Source: Patescibacteria group bacterium | GTDB lineage: Bacteria; Patescibacteriota; Patescibacteriia; Patescibacteriales; UBA12465 | DNA length: 64,000 nucleotides | Assembly (NCBI GenBank): GCA_050949505.1 | Contig: JBMNFV010000001.1 | Location: forward strand, 637,644-701,643 | Reading direction: 5' to 3' | Shown here: positions 41,533 through 53,722 of the stretch, in pieces | Position numbering within the stretch: the stretch's first letter is position 1 | How the letters are laid out: each line of letters begins with the position of its first letter | Notes under the pieces: model-generated | What the model was told of the DNA's origin: nothing | Databases searched by the model: none | The model's input: the letters and a program-made list of their open reading frames with translations, nothing else | Made by a program: the position numbers and the translations under genes

Positions 41533-43893
41533 TTAATATCTCTCTTGATATTGCCACACTGGCCCAACGGAAATAACTGGACCGGACTCTTCCTCGTGCA
41601 CGAGGGCTAGTAATTGTAAATTACCCAAGGAGACTCTAAGAGTCTTTTTGGTTAGGGGGAAGTTAATGGTAATCTCTTTTTTACCTGAACCACTAGTTAT
41701 TTTTAGCTTCTTGGCCAAGGCCATAATATCTTCATTATCTTGGTCACTTAGCTTCTGGCCAGATAATTCTTTAGTCATTATTCCTTCAATAAACTGCAGG
41801 TCTTTGGTTAGATTTTGACTAGACATTAAAAGCCCTGGATCTTCACGGTCTATTTGTAGAGCCGTTAACATTTTCTCTATCATTAGACTATTAGCGATCA
41901 GGTCTGTAATTAGGGCTAGATTTGGTTCAATATATGAATACTCCGCATACTTATCAAACTCGCCTAAATTTAAGCTATCTTGACTAGGAGCATAAGCAGT
42001 TATTTTACCTAAGGGTAATTGATTGTTAAGCCAAGCAGAAACTGCTAGTTGCTGCCCTCGTGCTAACCAAGTGGGGGTTTTAAAGGCCGTCAAAACTGCC
42101 TGACTGGGCTCTAGATAGTTAGCTAAATATTTAAGGGTGGACCAATAGTTATTAGTTTGCCAAGTTAACTGACTAGTGAGGGCGGCTCTTAGGGCCTGAA
42201 CTTGACTCTGGTAATTAGCATAGCTTATTTCCGTCCCCGCTAAAGCCTGACTACTAGGACTAATTAAATTGACCACATCTAAGGCTGCCCCGGCACAGCG
42301 ATAATTAGTTTTTTCTATTAAGCAGGCCGTCTGACTACTACGATCTACCTCTGCCAACTGACTAGCTCCTACCAAGGGATAGCTTAATTGACTAAAGATA
42401 TATTCATTAGGGGAGAAGGCCAATGACAAGACTTTAAAGCCTCGCTGACTTCTTAGGCTGGGGTGATCCTGATTAATCCCTCCTAAAAACTCGGGAAACT
42501 CCAGCTTATTCAACTGAGCCTGTAAGGCTAATAGATTGTGATCCGCCTCCTCTGAACTGCCTAAGGTTTTCTCAACTGTAGCCTCACTGCCAAATAGTTC
42601 TTTGAAGTTATCGCGATAAAGCACATAGTTAAGATCTTCTCGGGTGGGATTAAAGAAAGACATAATTTTGTAAATTCGCGCCCAACGCGTCTTGAGTTCT
42701 CCTGAAGCGGAAAAATCAGCAGCCGTAAAATTAGCGGCTAACATTGATAAGCGCCAATCTTCTTTGTCTAACAAGCAATCTGGACAAGCCTCACTTTGAT
42801 ATTCTAAAGGAAAAACTGAGTTAAGCCAGCGCATGGTTAAGTATAGATTAGTTAGTCTAGCGCTAGCCTGATACTCAGCAGGAACAATGAATTCTTGATA
42901 GTCTTTCAGGTATAGCAGATTAGGGGACTTAGTTTTTTCCTTAGCTGCTCTAATTAGGGCTTCTTCTTTTTTCACTCCCTCACTTAAGTATGGTGGTGTT
43001 AGGAAATAAAACCGATTAGCTTCTAGCTGGGAGAATCGGTCTTGGTTTTGAATACTAGCGGTCTCTGTACTAACCTGCCCCTCTTGAGGTTTTAACAAAT
43101 TTAAAGCAATGGCGAAATAGGAAGCCTGCATTCGGGCCGCTTCTAAGATTGGGTCATTAATATTACCCACCGCTGCTAAGCGATTTTCATAACGATTCTT
43201 AGCTTTGAGATATAGCTCCTTATTAATTATCCAAAGATTATTATAGAAAATACTAGCTTCAATATCTTTATACAACTTCTTAATCTGTCCCTGATAATAG
43301 TCAGTGATAAAGTCAGCGGTTAATAGGATGGGAATATTATTATTCGCTAATTCCTGATAAACTTCAGAAAAACTATTAGTGGTGGCCGCCCAAGGGTTAT
43401 CAAGCTTCGCCCAGCCAGCCTCATTGAGCTCTTCAACTACTGGGTCTAGGTCCAGCTTACGAGAAACAGCGTAATAATTAATGGCCTCCATTTTAACATT
43501 TAACGGCAAGTCGTAGTCTAGCTGGCCAGTTAATTTCGGCAAGGTGGCTGGCTGATAAAAGTCAGCAAATGATAAATATTCCACTGACACCTGACTTAAA
43601 TCTAGCGCCTGAGTCTCCGCAGTTAATTCTTCTAGTTCTGGTAAACTGGGGGTAATAAGCTCTTGGTCCTCCTCTATAATCACTGCTGGTACTTCGGTCT
43701 CTTCGCTGGGAGCCTCTAATTTGGTAGTGATTAGATTACGGGCGATAATAAAGCCCAGTATCACTAAAACTACCACCCCACTAAGTAATAAAATTATTTT
43801 TATTAATCGTCGGCGTTCAGTTTGTTGATAAGCATGACCCACTGAACTTGAATCAGTGGCGGTCTCTTGATTTTGATCTGGCCGGTCAAACAT
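41533..43893 (-). CDS. Large membrane-anchored extracytoplasmic protein (DUF3160-like)
   Basis: A single N-terminal TM helix (IILLLSGVVVLVILGFIIA). Segments such as FIVPAEYQASARLTNLYLTMRWLN and SLAFSPNEYIFSQL resemble my recollection of DUF3160; this has not been verified. Confidence 0.35.
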   Translation of the reverse strand: MFDRPDQNQETATDSSSVGHAYQQTERRRLIKIILLLSGVVVLVILGFIIARNLITTKLEAPSEETEVPAVIIEEDQELITPSLPELEELTAETQALDLSQVSVEYLSFADFYQPATLPKLTGQLDYDLPLNVKMEAINYYAVSRKLDLDPVVEELNEAGWAKLDNPWAATTNSFSEVYQELANNNIPILLTADFITDYYQGQIKKLYKDIEASIFYNNLWIINKELYLKAKNRYENRLAAVGNINDPILEAARMQASYFAIALNLLKPQEGQVSTETASIQNQDRFSQLEANRFYFLTPPYLSEGVKKEEALIRAAKEKTKSPNLLYLKDYQEFIVPAEYQASARLTNLYLTMRWLNSVFPLEYQSEACPDCLLDKEDWRLSMLAANFTAADFSASGELKTRWARIYKIMSFFNPTREDLNYVLYRDNFKELFGSEATVEKTLGSSEEADHNLLALQAQLNKLEFPEFLGGINQDHPSLRSQRGFKVLSLAFSPNEYIFSQLSYPLVGASQLAEVDRSSQTACLIEKTNYRCAGAALDVVNLISPSSQALAGTEISYANYQSQVQALRAALTSQLTWQTNNYWSTLKYLANYLEPSQAVLTAFKTPTWLARGQQLAVSAWLNNQLPLGKITAYAPSQDSLNLGEFDKYAEYSYIEPNLALITDLIANSLMIEKMLTALQIDREDPGLLMSSQNLTKDLQFIEGIMTKELSGQKLSDQDNEDIMALAKKLKITSGSGKKEITINFPLTKKTLRVSLGNLQLLALVHEEESGPVISVGPVWQYQERY

Positions 43894-43904
43894 AAATTAA
43901 ATAT

Positions 43905-44795
43905 TTATTTTAAATATTTCCGCTTATTAGCTAAGTGTTCTTCATAGGTTTTAGCGTAAACCACTATGGCCTGATCGCTCGGGGTGAGGAAATAGAAATA
44001 ATCGGTCTTCGCTGGCCAAATAGCCGCCTCTATCGCGACTAGCCCTGGATTAGCTATCGGTCCCGGAGGGAGGCCACGATACTTATAGGTATTATAGGCA
44101 GAGTCTATTTCCAACTCAGCTCCACTATGAGCTGGCTTAGTGTCATTAAATAGATAAGATAGGGTGGCATCAGATTGTAGCCCCTGACCAATCCGCAATC
44201 GGTTCATAAAGACTCCGGCAATTAATCGGGCGTCTTGGTTGTCGCCAGTACGATAATTGATTGGAGCCTCTTTTTCTACCATTGAAGCTAGGGAGATTAC
44301 TTCATATAGACTTCTCCCCTGATCTTTAATCGCTTGCCTCATCTCTGGGCTAAGCTTTTGATCAAAGTTTTTTAAGATCCGAGTCAAGACTTCTTGAGGG
44401 GAAGAGCTAGCAAAGACCCGATAGGTATCGGGGAAAATAAAGCCCTCTAAATTAACTGACTTTGGTAAATCTTGAAAAAAATCAAAACCTAGGAGCCAAT
44501 CCTCATCCCCCTCTTCAACTATCCTGTTTTGCAGGGGCTCTCCCGTAAACTGATAAAACTCCTCTTGAGAAAACAAGCCTTGTAGTTCTAGGTATTGCGC
44601 TACATCTCGTAAAGACCAACCCTCAATTAGCCTAATCTCTATCTCGGGCGCATAAACTATCTCCGCAGGTGGCGCTGGCTTTCTAGGGATAATCATCCTC
44701 ACTAAGCTCTTTACTGGCCGAGGCATTAGCAAGCTAACTAGCAGACAAGCTAATATTAGCCAGGCTCCCCAAATTAATATTTTTCTGGTTTTCAT
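43905..44795 (-). CDS. mltG: Endolytic peptidoglycan transglycosylase MltG (YceG family)
   Basis: LIEGWSLRDVA, FPDTYRV, SMVEKEA, LQSDATLSY and YNTYKYRGLPPGPIANPG. Confidence 0.9.
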   Translation of the reverse strand: MKTRKILIWGAWLILACLLVSLLMPRPVKSLVRMIIPRKPAPPAEIVYAPEIEIRLIEGWSLRDVAQYLELQGLFSQEEFYQFTGEPLQNRIVEEGDEDWLLGFDFFQDLPKSVNLEGFIFPDTYRVFASSSPQEVLTRILKNFDQKLSPEMRQAIKDQGRSLYEVISLASMVEKEAPINYRTGDNQDARLIAGVFMNRLRIGQGLQSDATLSYLFNDTKPAHSGAELEIDSAYNTYKYRGLPPGPIANPGLVAIEAAIWPAKTDYFYFLTPSDQAIVVYAKTYEEHLANKRKYLK

Positions 44796-44803
44796 ATTAA
44801 TCT

Positions 44804-45280
44804 TTATTTATTTTTAGCTGCGGCTGCCTGAGCGATCATTTTAGAGCTAGCCCTAATCTTTTTGCCCAAGCCATCTACCATGGTAATTCCTAGCTCTTGG
44901 CAAATAGCATACTCCGGAACATCATTAAGACTTTTACGATCGCCGCCATTAGCAAAAATATTCGGCTTTACCTTAGCCAAGGAACGACAAACCGTGTGGT
45001 CAGTGTCTATTGATAAGAAAACTTCATCAACATCTCTTAGGGCGCCAATAATCTTGACTCGGTCAGCTTGACTCATAAACGGAACACTCCCTTTTATTTT
45101 TACCTGTCTGTCACTATTAACTATCACCACTAATTTATCTCCTAATTTCTTAGCTTTTTCAATCATTTCTAAGTGTCCCACATGAAGCGGATTAAAATAG
45201 CCAGACACCGCTACTACCACTGGTTTAGCTGACGACGACTGACTCTTAGTCCTAGTTTGTTTGTTTATTGTTTTAGCCAT
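44804..45280 (-). CDS. Cytidylyltransferase-family nucleotidyltransferase (RfaE domain II/TagD-like)
   Basis: H-x-G-H motif in SGYFNPLHVGHLEMI, plus VIVNSD and ANGGDRK. Confidence 0.7.
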   Translation of the reverse strand: MAKTINKQTRTKSQSSSAKPVVVAVSGYFNPLHVGHLEMIEKAKKLGDKLVVIVNSDRQVKIKGSVPFMSQADRVKIIGALRDVDEVFLSIDTDHTVCRSLAKVKPNIFANGGDRKSLNDVPEYAICQELGITMVDGLGKKIRASSKMIAQAAAAKNK

Positions 45281-45405
45281 GATCCTAATAATTAATTAAA
45301 TAATAATTACTTATAGTATAGCAAAAAGAGCTAACTTATCAAAGAAAGTTTATTTATTTAACTAATTAGGCTAAACTACTAATATCAACTATTAAATAGC
45401 TAACT

Positions 45406-46206
45406 ATGACCATTATTCAGTCTTTAATTCTGGGCTTGATTGAGGGTTTAACTGAGTTTTTACCGATCTCCTCAACAGCTCACCTCATTCTCGGAGCTAA
45501 AGCTCTTAGACTTCCCGATGATAATTTTTTAAATACCTTTATTATCTCTATTCAGGTAGGGGCTATTTTAGCCGTGCTAATTTTATATTGGCGCCGAGTG
45601 ATTGGTAATTTTAAAATTATTAAGAAAATTATCACCGCCTTCATCCCCACTGCTCTAATTGGCTTTATTTTTTATAAAATAATAAAAACTATCTTAATGG
45701 ATAGTTTATTAGTCATTGCCGTTTCTTTAATTGTTGGTGGTCTCCTTATTTTCTATTTCGAAAAAATGGCTAGTCGTAAATATCTAAAGACTGAAGAGGG
45801 TCCTGAGTCTCAGCTAGCTGACTCCTTAGAAACAATCAGCTACCCTCAAGCCTTTATCCTCGGTCTAGTCCAAGCTCTGGCAGTCATTCCTGGAGTCTCT
45901 CGCTCTGGAGCAACTATTATTGGCGGACTGGCTCAGGGAATCAAGCGCCAAACTGTCGTGGAATTTTCTTTCTTGCTAGCCATCCCCACTATTTTAGCCG
46001 CTACTGTTTATGATTTATATAAGAATCCTGAAGTTTTAAGTGGCTTTAATTTGCCTCTCTGGCTAATCGGTTTTATTGTCGCCTTTATTACCGCCCTGCT
46101 AGGAATCAAGTTTTTTCTTAAATATATTAAGCAAAACGACTTTAAGATCTTTGCTTGGTATCGCCTTATTTTAGGCCTCATTATCCTTGGAGTGATCTTT
46201 CTTTAA
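45406..46206 (+). CDS. uppP: Undecaprenyl-diphosphate phosphatase UppP (BacA)
   Basis: GLIEGLTEFLPISSTAHL and PGVSRSGATIIGG motifs. Confidence 0.95.
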   Translation: MTIIQSLILGLIEGLTEFLPISSTAHLILGAKALRLPDDNFLNTFIISIQVGAILAVLILYWRRVIGNFKIIKKIITAFIPTALIGFIFYKIIKTILMDSLLVIAVSLIVGGLLIFYFEKMASRKYLKTEEGPESQLADSLETISYPQAFILGLVQALAVIPGVSRSGATIIGGLAQGIKRQTVVEFSFLLAIPTILAATVYDLYKNPEVLSGFNLPLWLIGFIVAFITALLGIKFFLKYIKQNDFKIFAWYRLILGLIILGVIFL

Positions 46207-46209
46207 GTT

Positions 46210-46662
46210 CTACAAGTTTTTTCTATCTGAGCCTCGTAAGTGTCGCCAGCGATTTAAGGCTTTTAGCCTAGCTAATTCTTTCTCTAGCTGCGCCGCAATG
46301 TTAGCAAATTGAACCTCATCTAAGCTTTGCGCTTCTTTTTTGCGATTCTCCGCCTTAAGTTTAGCCGCCTTTATTCTCTCCTCATCTAAGTCACTAGCCC
46401 GCTCAGCAGTGTCCGCTAAAATGACCACGCGGTCTTTCATGACCTCCATAAAACCTCCGGAAATAGAAACAATTTCTAGCTCTCCACTCGCTAGCTTAAT
46501 TTCCATCACCCCTGGCTTTAGCACTGTTACTAATGGCAAATGGTTGGCTAAAACGGTAATCTCTCCACTGGTAGTCATCAGCGTTACTTGAGCTATTTCT
46601 CGCTTAAGGACTACTTTTTCTGGGGTAACGACTTCAAAGTCTATGATCTTGGCTTTAGACAT
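46210..46662 (-). CDS. atpC: F1 ATP synthase subunit epsilon
   Basis: Position after atpD, and a beta-sandwich N-terminus FEVVTPEKVV...ITVLANHLPL. Confidence 0.9.
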   Translation of the reverse strand: MSKAKIIDFEVVTPEKVVLKREIAQVTLMTTSGEITVLANHLPLVTVLKPGVMEIKLASGELEIVSISGGFMEVMKDRVVILADTAERASDLDEERIKAAKLKAENRKKEAQSLDEVQFANIAAQLEKELARLKALNRWRHLRGSDRKNL

Positions 46663-46664
46663 AA

Positions 46665-48083
<1,419 letters not shown>

Positions 48084-48094
48084 CTAATTAACAA

Positions 48095-49027
48095 TTAATT
48101 TTGAACACTGCTCGCCCCTGAGGAAATTTCCGCAATCTCCGCCGTGATGAGGGCCTGTCTAGCTTTATTATAAAAGCGAGTTAGCTCGTCAATAATATCT
48201 TCCGCCGCTCTAGAGGCCTGACTCATCGCACTCATTCTAGCGCTATGCTCAGCAGCATTAGATTCTAACAGCCCTTGATAGAGCTGCAGTTCTATCAGTC
48301 GGGGCAACAAATAGTCTAACACCTCACTATCATTAGGTTCGTAAATAAAGCTATGATTTTTCTTGGCCCGGCGCTTTAATCGATCAGCCTCAGTTTCCTG
48401 CACCCGACCACCCTCAGCTCCCGCTAAATACTTATCCGTTCCCTCTAATTCAATTGGTAGTAATTGTCTAACTCTCGGGACTTGCTGACTAGGGTTGATA
48501 AAGTCTGTATAAGCAATGAGGACTTTATCATACTTGCCAGCCAAATAGTCATCAATGATAATTTTCGCAATCGGCGAGACTTCGACAGCGCTAGGCTTTA
48601 AATCATTTTTAGGAAACTCGGCAATCACTGGATAGGCAAAACGTCGTCTCACTAAGTCGCCTCTTTTGCCCACTAAGATAAAGTCGGTCGGCAGGTCATT
48701 GTGAGTTTTGATAGACTGCACCGCCTTGTTAACTACTGCGGTATTAAAGCCTCCACATAGACCACGATTAGAGGCAATCAGCACGATAACTACCTTCTCG
48801 GTTTTAGTCTTTTTTTCTAACAGGGGATGAATTAATTTATCTGAACCAACTGCTTCCGCTATATTAATTGCCACTCCCCAGCCGATCTTAGCATAGGCTC
48901 GGGTTTTTATAACCGCTTCAACCGCACGACGCATCTTAGCGGCTGCCACCATTTCCATCGCTTTCGTAATCTTTTTAGTGCTAGAAATGGATTTAATTCT
49001 CTTTTTTATTTCCTTAGCTTGAGACAT
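48095..49027 (-). CDS. atpG: F1 ATP synthase subunit gamma
   Basis: IKSISSTKKITKAMEMVAAAKMRRA N-terminus and ITAEIAEISSGA C-terminus. Confidence 0.95.
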   Translation of the reverse strand: MSQAKEIKKRIKSISSTKKITKAMEMVAAAKMRRAVEAVIKTRAYAKIGWGVAINIAEAVGSDKLIHPLLEKKTKTEKVVIVLIASNRGLCGGFNTAVVNKAVQSIKTHNDLPTDFILVGKRGDLVRRRFAYPVIAEFPKNDLKPSAVEVSPIAKIIIDDYLAGKYDKVLIAYTDFINPSQQVPRVRQLLPIELEGTDKYLAGAEGGRVQETEADRLKRRAKKNHSFIYEPNDSEVLDYLLPRLIELQLYQGLLESNAAEHSARMSAMSQASRAAEDIIDELTRFYNKARQALITAEIAEISSGASSVQN

Positions 49028-49041
49028 GGTTTAATTGAGGA

Positions 49042-50571
49042 TTAGGCTGATAAATAATCTAATGAGCTTTTAAAATTATTAATTAACTCTTCTAAGGTCG
49101 CTTCCATCTTGGGGCTTAACTCTCCTTTAGTTTTAATTTCATTTAGCGCCGCTTGGTTATTGTTACGAACATAGACAATGAGGTCTCTTTCAAATTGAGA
49201 GACCTGGGCAACAGGAACCTGATCAAAATGCCCTTGAGAAAAAGCGTAATAGATTAAGACCTGCTCCTCTACCGCTACTGGAGAATATTGGTCTTGCTTA
49301 AATATTTCAAATAATCGCTCCCCTCGCTTTAATTTCTTTTTAGTCTCTTCATCTAGGTCTGAACCAAATTGAGCAAAGGCCGCTAACTCTCGGTACTGAG
49401 CAGCTTCTAGCTTGATCTTGCCGGCCACTTGCTTCATCGCCTTGATTTGAGCTGAAGAACCCACTCGGGACACCGAGATACCTACACTGATAGCCGGGCG
49501 ATTACCCTGATAGAACAGGTCTGACTCTAAATAGATTTGTCCGTCGGTGATAGAAATAACATTGGTGGGGATATAAGCAGAAACATCACCCGCCTGAGTT
49601 TCAATAATTGGCAACGAGGTAATTGACCCGCCACCATACTTCTGACTCAACTTACAAGACCTTTCCAGCAGCCGAGAATGGAGATAAAAAACATCTCCCG
49701 GATAAGCCTCTCGCCCTGGGGGTCGCTTTAATAGTAGTGATATCTCCCGATAACTAACTGCGTGCTTGGATAAGTCATCATAAACAATTAGAACATCCTC
49801 TCCCTGGTCTAGAAAATATTCTGCCATAGCGGTACCAGCATAAGGAGAGATATACAGCAAGGAGGCGGGGTCACTTGCTCCCGCTAGAACGACGGTGGTA
49901 TATTTCATCGCTCCGGTCTCTTTCAGCTTAGCCACTAGGCTAGCCACCTTAGACTCTTTTTGACCAATCGCTACATAAATACACTTCATATTCTCGCCTT
50001 GCTGATTAATAATTGTATCAATAGCAATGGCCGTCTTTCCTATTTGACGATCACCAATAATTAATTCTCGTTGTCCTCGGCCAATGGGAATCATCGCGTC
50101 AATAGCCTTAATACCCGTCTTAACTGGCTCCTTAACTGGCTCACGGCTAATTACCCCTGAAGCTATTTTCTCAATTGGATAATATTTCTTAGCCTTAATT
50201 TCTCCCTGGCCATCAACTGGTTCTCCCAGCGGGTTAACCACTCGGCCAATTAGACTCTCCCCGACTGGCACCTCTAAAATCTTCTTAGTCGCCAAGACCT
50301 CATCTCCCTCGGTGATTAATTTTGCCTCTCCTAAAATAATTGCCCCGACACTGCCTTCGTTAAGATTTAGGGCGACCCCAAACACTGAGCCACTGGCCGT
50401 TTTAAATTCTAACATCTCTGACATCATCACTGCTGACAAACCAGACACTGTGGCAATGCCATCGCCAATTTCAATTACCCGACCAAATACTTGCTGCTCC
50501 TCTTTGGGGGTATAGGCGCTAATTTGTTTTTTTATCTCCTCTACAATAAAGTCCTTAGTTTCGTTAATCAT
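49042..50571 (-). CDS. atpA: F1 ATP synthase subunit alpha
   Basis: Walker [10 protein letters not shown] and [20 protein letters not shown]. Confidence 0.97.
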   Translation of the reverse strand: MINETKDFIVEEIKKQISAYTPKEEQQVFGRVIEIGDGIATVSGLSAVMMSEMLEFKTASGSVFGVALNLNEGSVGAIILGEAKLITEGDEVLATKKILEVPVGESLIGRVVNPLGEPVDGQGEIKAKKYYPIEKIASGVISREPVKEPVKTGIKAIDAMIPIGRGQRELIIGDRQIGKTAIAIDTIINQQGENMKCIYVAIGQKESKVASLVAKLKETGAMKYTTVVLAGASDPASLLYISPYAGTAMAEYFLDQGEDVLIVYDDLSKHAVSYREISLLLKRPPGREAYPGDVFYLHSRLLERSCKLSQKYGGGSITSLPIIETQAGDVSAYIPTNVISITDGQIYLESDLFYQGNRPAISVGISVSRVGSSAQIKAMKQVAGKIKLEAAQYRELAAFAQFGSDLDEETKKKLKRGERLFEIFKQDQYSPVAVEEQVLIYYAFSQGHFDQVPVAQVSQFERDLIVYVRNNNQAALNEIKTKGELSPKMEATLEELINNFKSSLDYLSA

Positions 50572-50606
50572 AGTTTTGTTTTTAAAAGTATTTTATTTCA
50601 AAATAA

Positions 50607-51008
50607 TTAGCTAGTTATTTTCTCTTGCAAACGACTAAGTCTAGTCCTTAGACTGGCATCAAAAATCTGATCTCCATATTTAATTATCACCCCGCCCAGC
50701 AACTGCTCATCTAGACTCGTCTTAACTGCCGACTCGGGGGCTTGAGCTAGACCAAGTACATAATCACTTAGCTGCCTGATTGTCTTAGCAGGCAATTTAG
50801 TCGCACTGATAATTTCCACTTCTAATAGGCCTGTTTGCTTGAGATAAAGTCGCTTAAACTCTGTTAAAATTTTAGACCAGCGATATTGGTCATGTCGGGT
50901 AGCCACATAATTAACAAAGGCCTGAAGATTCTGCTGCGCTTCTTTCTGAGGACAATTGGTTACTAGCTCTAGTAAGGCTTGGGCATATTGTTGATTGCTA
51001 ATACGCAT
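50607..51008 (-). CDS. atpH: F1 ATP synthase subunit delta (OSCP); unusually short at 133 aa
   Basis: Position between atpF and atpA, and a C-terminal LLGGVIIKYGDQIFDASLRTRL typical of OSCP. Confidence 0.8.
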   Translation of the reverse strand: MRISNQQYAQALLELVTNCPQKEAQQNLQAFVNYVATRHDQYRWSKILTEFKRLYLKQTGLLEVEIISATKLPAKTIRQLSDYVLGLAQAPESAVKTSLDEQLLGGVIIKYGDQIFDASLRTRLSRLQEKITS

Positions 51009-51009
51009 A

Positions 51010-51525
51010 CTATAATCCCTTAATCACTCGCTCTATTACCGCCTGATCTTTTTTAGCATCCATTGCCTCTCCTAAGACCTTCTCCAGGGCTAAACCCACT
51101 AGCTCGGCAGTTTGTTTTTTGACCGCCTCCAGCGCTAATTGCTTATCGTGAGCAATTCTTTCTTTTTCTTCGGCAATAACTTGCCGAACCTTCTCCTGGC
51201 TTGAGTCTACAATCTCTTGATATTTCAATTCTGCCTTCTCTCGTGACTCGGTAATAATTAAATTGGCTTCTTGGCGAGCAGTGGCAATAATTGCCTCCCG
51301 CTCTTTAATTGCCTCTTGTTTTGCCTGACTAGCTAAATCGCTATCCGCTAAACTTTTGACTACCTTTAGTCGTCTCTCTTCTAAAATCTTAAACACGGGC
51401 TGATAGGCAAAGCGCCATAAAACAAAAATCAAGATCGCAAAGTTAACTAATTGCGCTATTAGGATTCTCCAATCTAAACCTAAGGCGTTGATAAGTTCCA
51501 TAATAATATAGTAGCTAAAAAACAA
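51010..51525 (-). CDS. atpF: Fo ATP synthase subunit b
   Basis: A single N-terminal TM helix (ILIAQLVNFAILIFVLW) followed by a long charged helix. A possible alternative start is ATG 51501. Confidence 0.9.
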   Translation of the reverse strand: MFFSYYIIMELINALGLDWRILIAQLVNFAILIFVLWRFAYQPVFKILEERRLKVVKSLADSDLASQAKQEAIKEREAIIATARQEANLIITESREKAELKYQEIVDSSQEKVRQVIAEEKERIAHDKQLALEAVKKQTAELVGLALEKVLGEAMDAKKDQAVIERVIKGL

Positions 51526-51560
51526 ATTAGTCCGCCTGCCTAGGCGGATTTATTTGCCTT

Positions 51561-51830
<270 letters not shown>

Positions 51831-52574
51831 TTAGGCGACCTCGGCGGCTTCTGTTTCTGAGGCCATCGAGATAAAGACTAAGGTTAGTACTGAGAAAACA
51901 AAGGGCTGAACTACTGCGGTTAAAATGCCTAGAAAACTAAAGGGGAGAGGGACAATAAACGGAGCGAGAAATAACATCACTGCTCCTAAAACTTCACCCG
52001 CAAACATATTACCAAATAATCGGAAAGAGAGCGAGACCACTTTAGCCAATTCGCCAATTAGATCCATTAGTCCTAAAAAGAACTTCAACGGGTTGGTGAA
52101 ATTAAAAAACTTGCCTAGATAACGCCAGGGGCCGACGGTCACAATAGCGACTAACTGCATTATAATCACCCCAATAATTGTCATCAGAAAAACTAAGCCA
52201 TAGTCAGCCATGATTGCTCTAAACAAGGGCACTACTCCCCCGGCAGTTTTTAGGGTAATCGCTGCTTGCCCGGGGATAAAGGTTAGTAGATTGCAAAACA
52301 AAACAAAAAAGAACATGGTAAAGATTAAGGGAAAAGCTCTTTTGGCCTTCTTTTCATCGCCCGTAATGGAAATCATAAAAGCAAACGCCCCCTCAATTAA
52401 CATCTCTACGGCACTTTGTAATTTACCGGGCTTAAGCTTTAGAAGACTATTAAAAATTATTACCCCAATAATTAGTAGCATTGAAGAAATAATTAACCAA
52501 AAGAAGGTATTAGAAATTGGCCAAGAGCCAATATAAAAAAGTATTTCTGGTGATAGAGAAATATTTAAACTCAT
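51831..52574 (-). CDS. atpB: Fo ATP synthase subunit a
   Basis: Essential Arg region LSFRLFGNMFAGE. Confidence 0.95.
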   Translation of the reverse strand: MSLNISLSPEILFYIGSWPISNTFFWLIISSMLLIIGVIIFNSLLKLKPGKLQSAVEMLIEGAFAFMISITGDEKKAKRAFPLIFTMFFFVLFCNLLTFIPGQAAITLKTAGGVVPLFRAIMADYGLVFLMTIIGVIIMQLVAIVTVGPWRYLGKFFNFTNPLKFFLGLMDLIGELAKVVSLSFRLFGNMFAGEVLGAVMLFLAPFIVPLPFSFLGILTAVVQPFVFSVLTLVFISMASETEAAEVA

Positions 52575-52577
52575 AAA

Positions 52578-52847
52578 CTATTTAGCTTGTTGAGAGTCAG
52601 CTGACGACTTAGTTGGCTTCTGATTAGCCTCTATTAGCCGATTAATTCTGCCTAGCTTTTTAAATAATAAAATATTAGTGGTGATAAAAGCAATTAAAAC
52701 TCCTCCCAATATTCCCCAGGGGGAAGTTTGGTAAAGACGGTCAATAATAAAGCCGCTGCCTCCTAAAATTAGCAAAGGTCCTAAAATGGAACCTAAACTA
52801 TAGGTGGCGGTAGCAATGATTAATTCTTTCAGGGCTCGCTTGTCCAT
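52578..52847 (-). CDS. AtpZ/AtpI-family small membrane protein
   Basis: Two TM helices flank IDRLYQTSPWGILGG, immediately upstream of atpB. I prefer the ATG at 52847 (MDKRALKE), which avoids the overlap with tatD. Confidence 0.65.
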   Translation of the reverse strand: MDKRALKELIIATATYSLGSILGPLLILGGSGFIIDRLYQTSPWGILGGVLIAFITTNILLFKKLGRINRLIEANQKPTKSSADSQQAK

Positions 52848-52857
52848 AACTAGGCTT

Positions 52858-53715
52858 TTAATTAAGTTTAAATAATTTCTTAGCATTAGCCAAGGTCGCT
52901 TCCGCTATACGCTCTATTCTCAGATTCTTGATCTCTGCTATCCGCTGAGCAACATATTGAACCAGCAATGGCTCATTGCGCTTGCCTCGGTAAGGCTCGG
53001 GAGTCATAAAGGGGGTATCGGTTTCTATCATTATCTTATCAAGAGGCACCTTCCTAATTAACTCATCCCACTGCTGACTAAAGGTAATTAATCCAGTAAA
53101 TGAAATCAGTAGTCCTAAATTGAAATAGCGCCAAGCTAAATCTTCGTCTCCTGAAAAACAATGCATCACTCCCCAGGGACGATCAGGGGGAATTATCTCA
53201 CTATACTCTTTCTTAAACTCTTCCAATATCCCCACTAAGTCATCATGGGCTTGACGGCAGTGAATAATTACCGGCAAATCTAGACTCCGAGCTAGTAGCA
53301 ATTGCTCCACAAAAACTGCCTGTTGCTTTTCCTTGATCGCTCTAACATCTTCTTTAGGATTTAAATGATAATAGTCTAAACCAATCTCACCAATTGCCAC
53401 CACCTTTTCAAAGCTAGCTAGCTTTTCATAGCTACCATAATCAAAGTTTTCTAAACGATAATTTTCTTGAACCAAGCTAGCTCCTGACTCATCAGCTGTT
53501 TCTGGTCTAGCAATATTATTGGGATGTAAGCCCACTGCCGCATAAACTCCCTTTTGATATTTATTAGCCAAATTCAAGCTCCGATTAGAGCTTTTATAAT
53601 CAGCACCAACTAAAATCATCCAAACATTATTATCTAGTGCTCGCCTGATCACTTCTTCGGCATCCTCCTTGAAGTCACTGGAGTCAAGATGAGCGTGGGT
53701 ATCTATTAAGGTCAT
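52858..53715 (-). CDS. tatD: TatD-family metal-dependent hydrolase
   Basis: LIDTHAHLD, GEIGLDY, IHCR and ETDTPFM motifs. Confidence 0.9.
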   Translation of the reverse strand: MTLIDTHAHLDSSDFKEDAEEVIRRALDNNVWMILVGADYKSSNRSLNLANKYQKGVYAAVGLHPNNIARPETADESGASLVQENYRLENFDYGSYEKLASFEKVVAIGEIGLDYYHLNPKEDVRAIKEKQQAVFVEQLLLARSLDLPVIIHCRQAHDDLVGILEEFKKEYSEIIPPDRPWGVMHCFSGDEDLAWRYFNLGLLISFTGLITFSQQWDELIRKVPLDKIMIETDTPFMTPEPYRGKRNEPLLVQYVAQRIAEIKNLRIERIAEATLANAKKLFKLN

Positions 53716-53722
53716 AAATATA

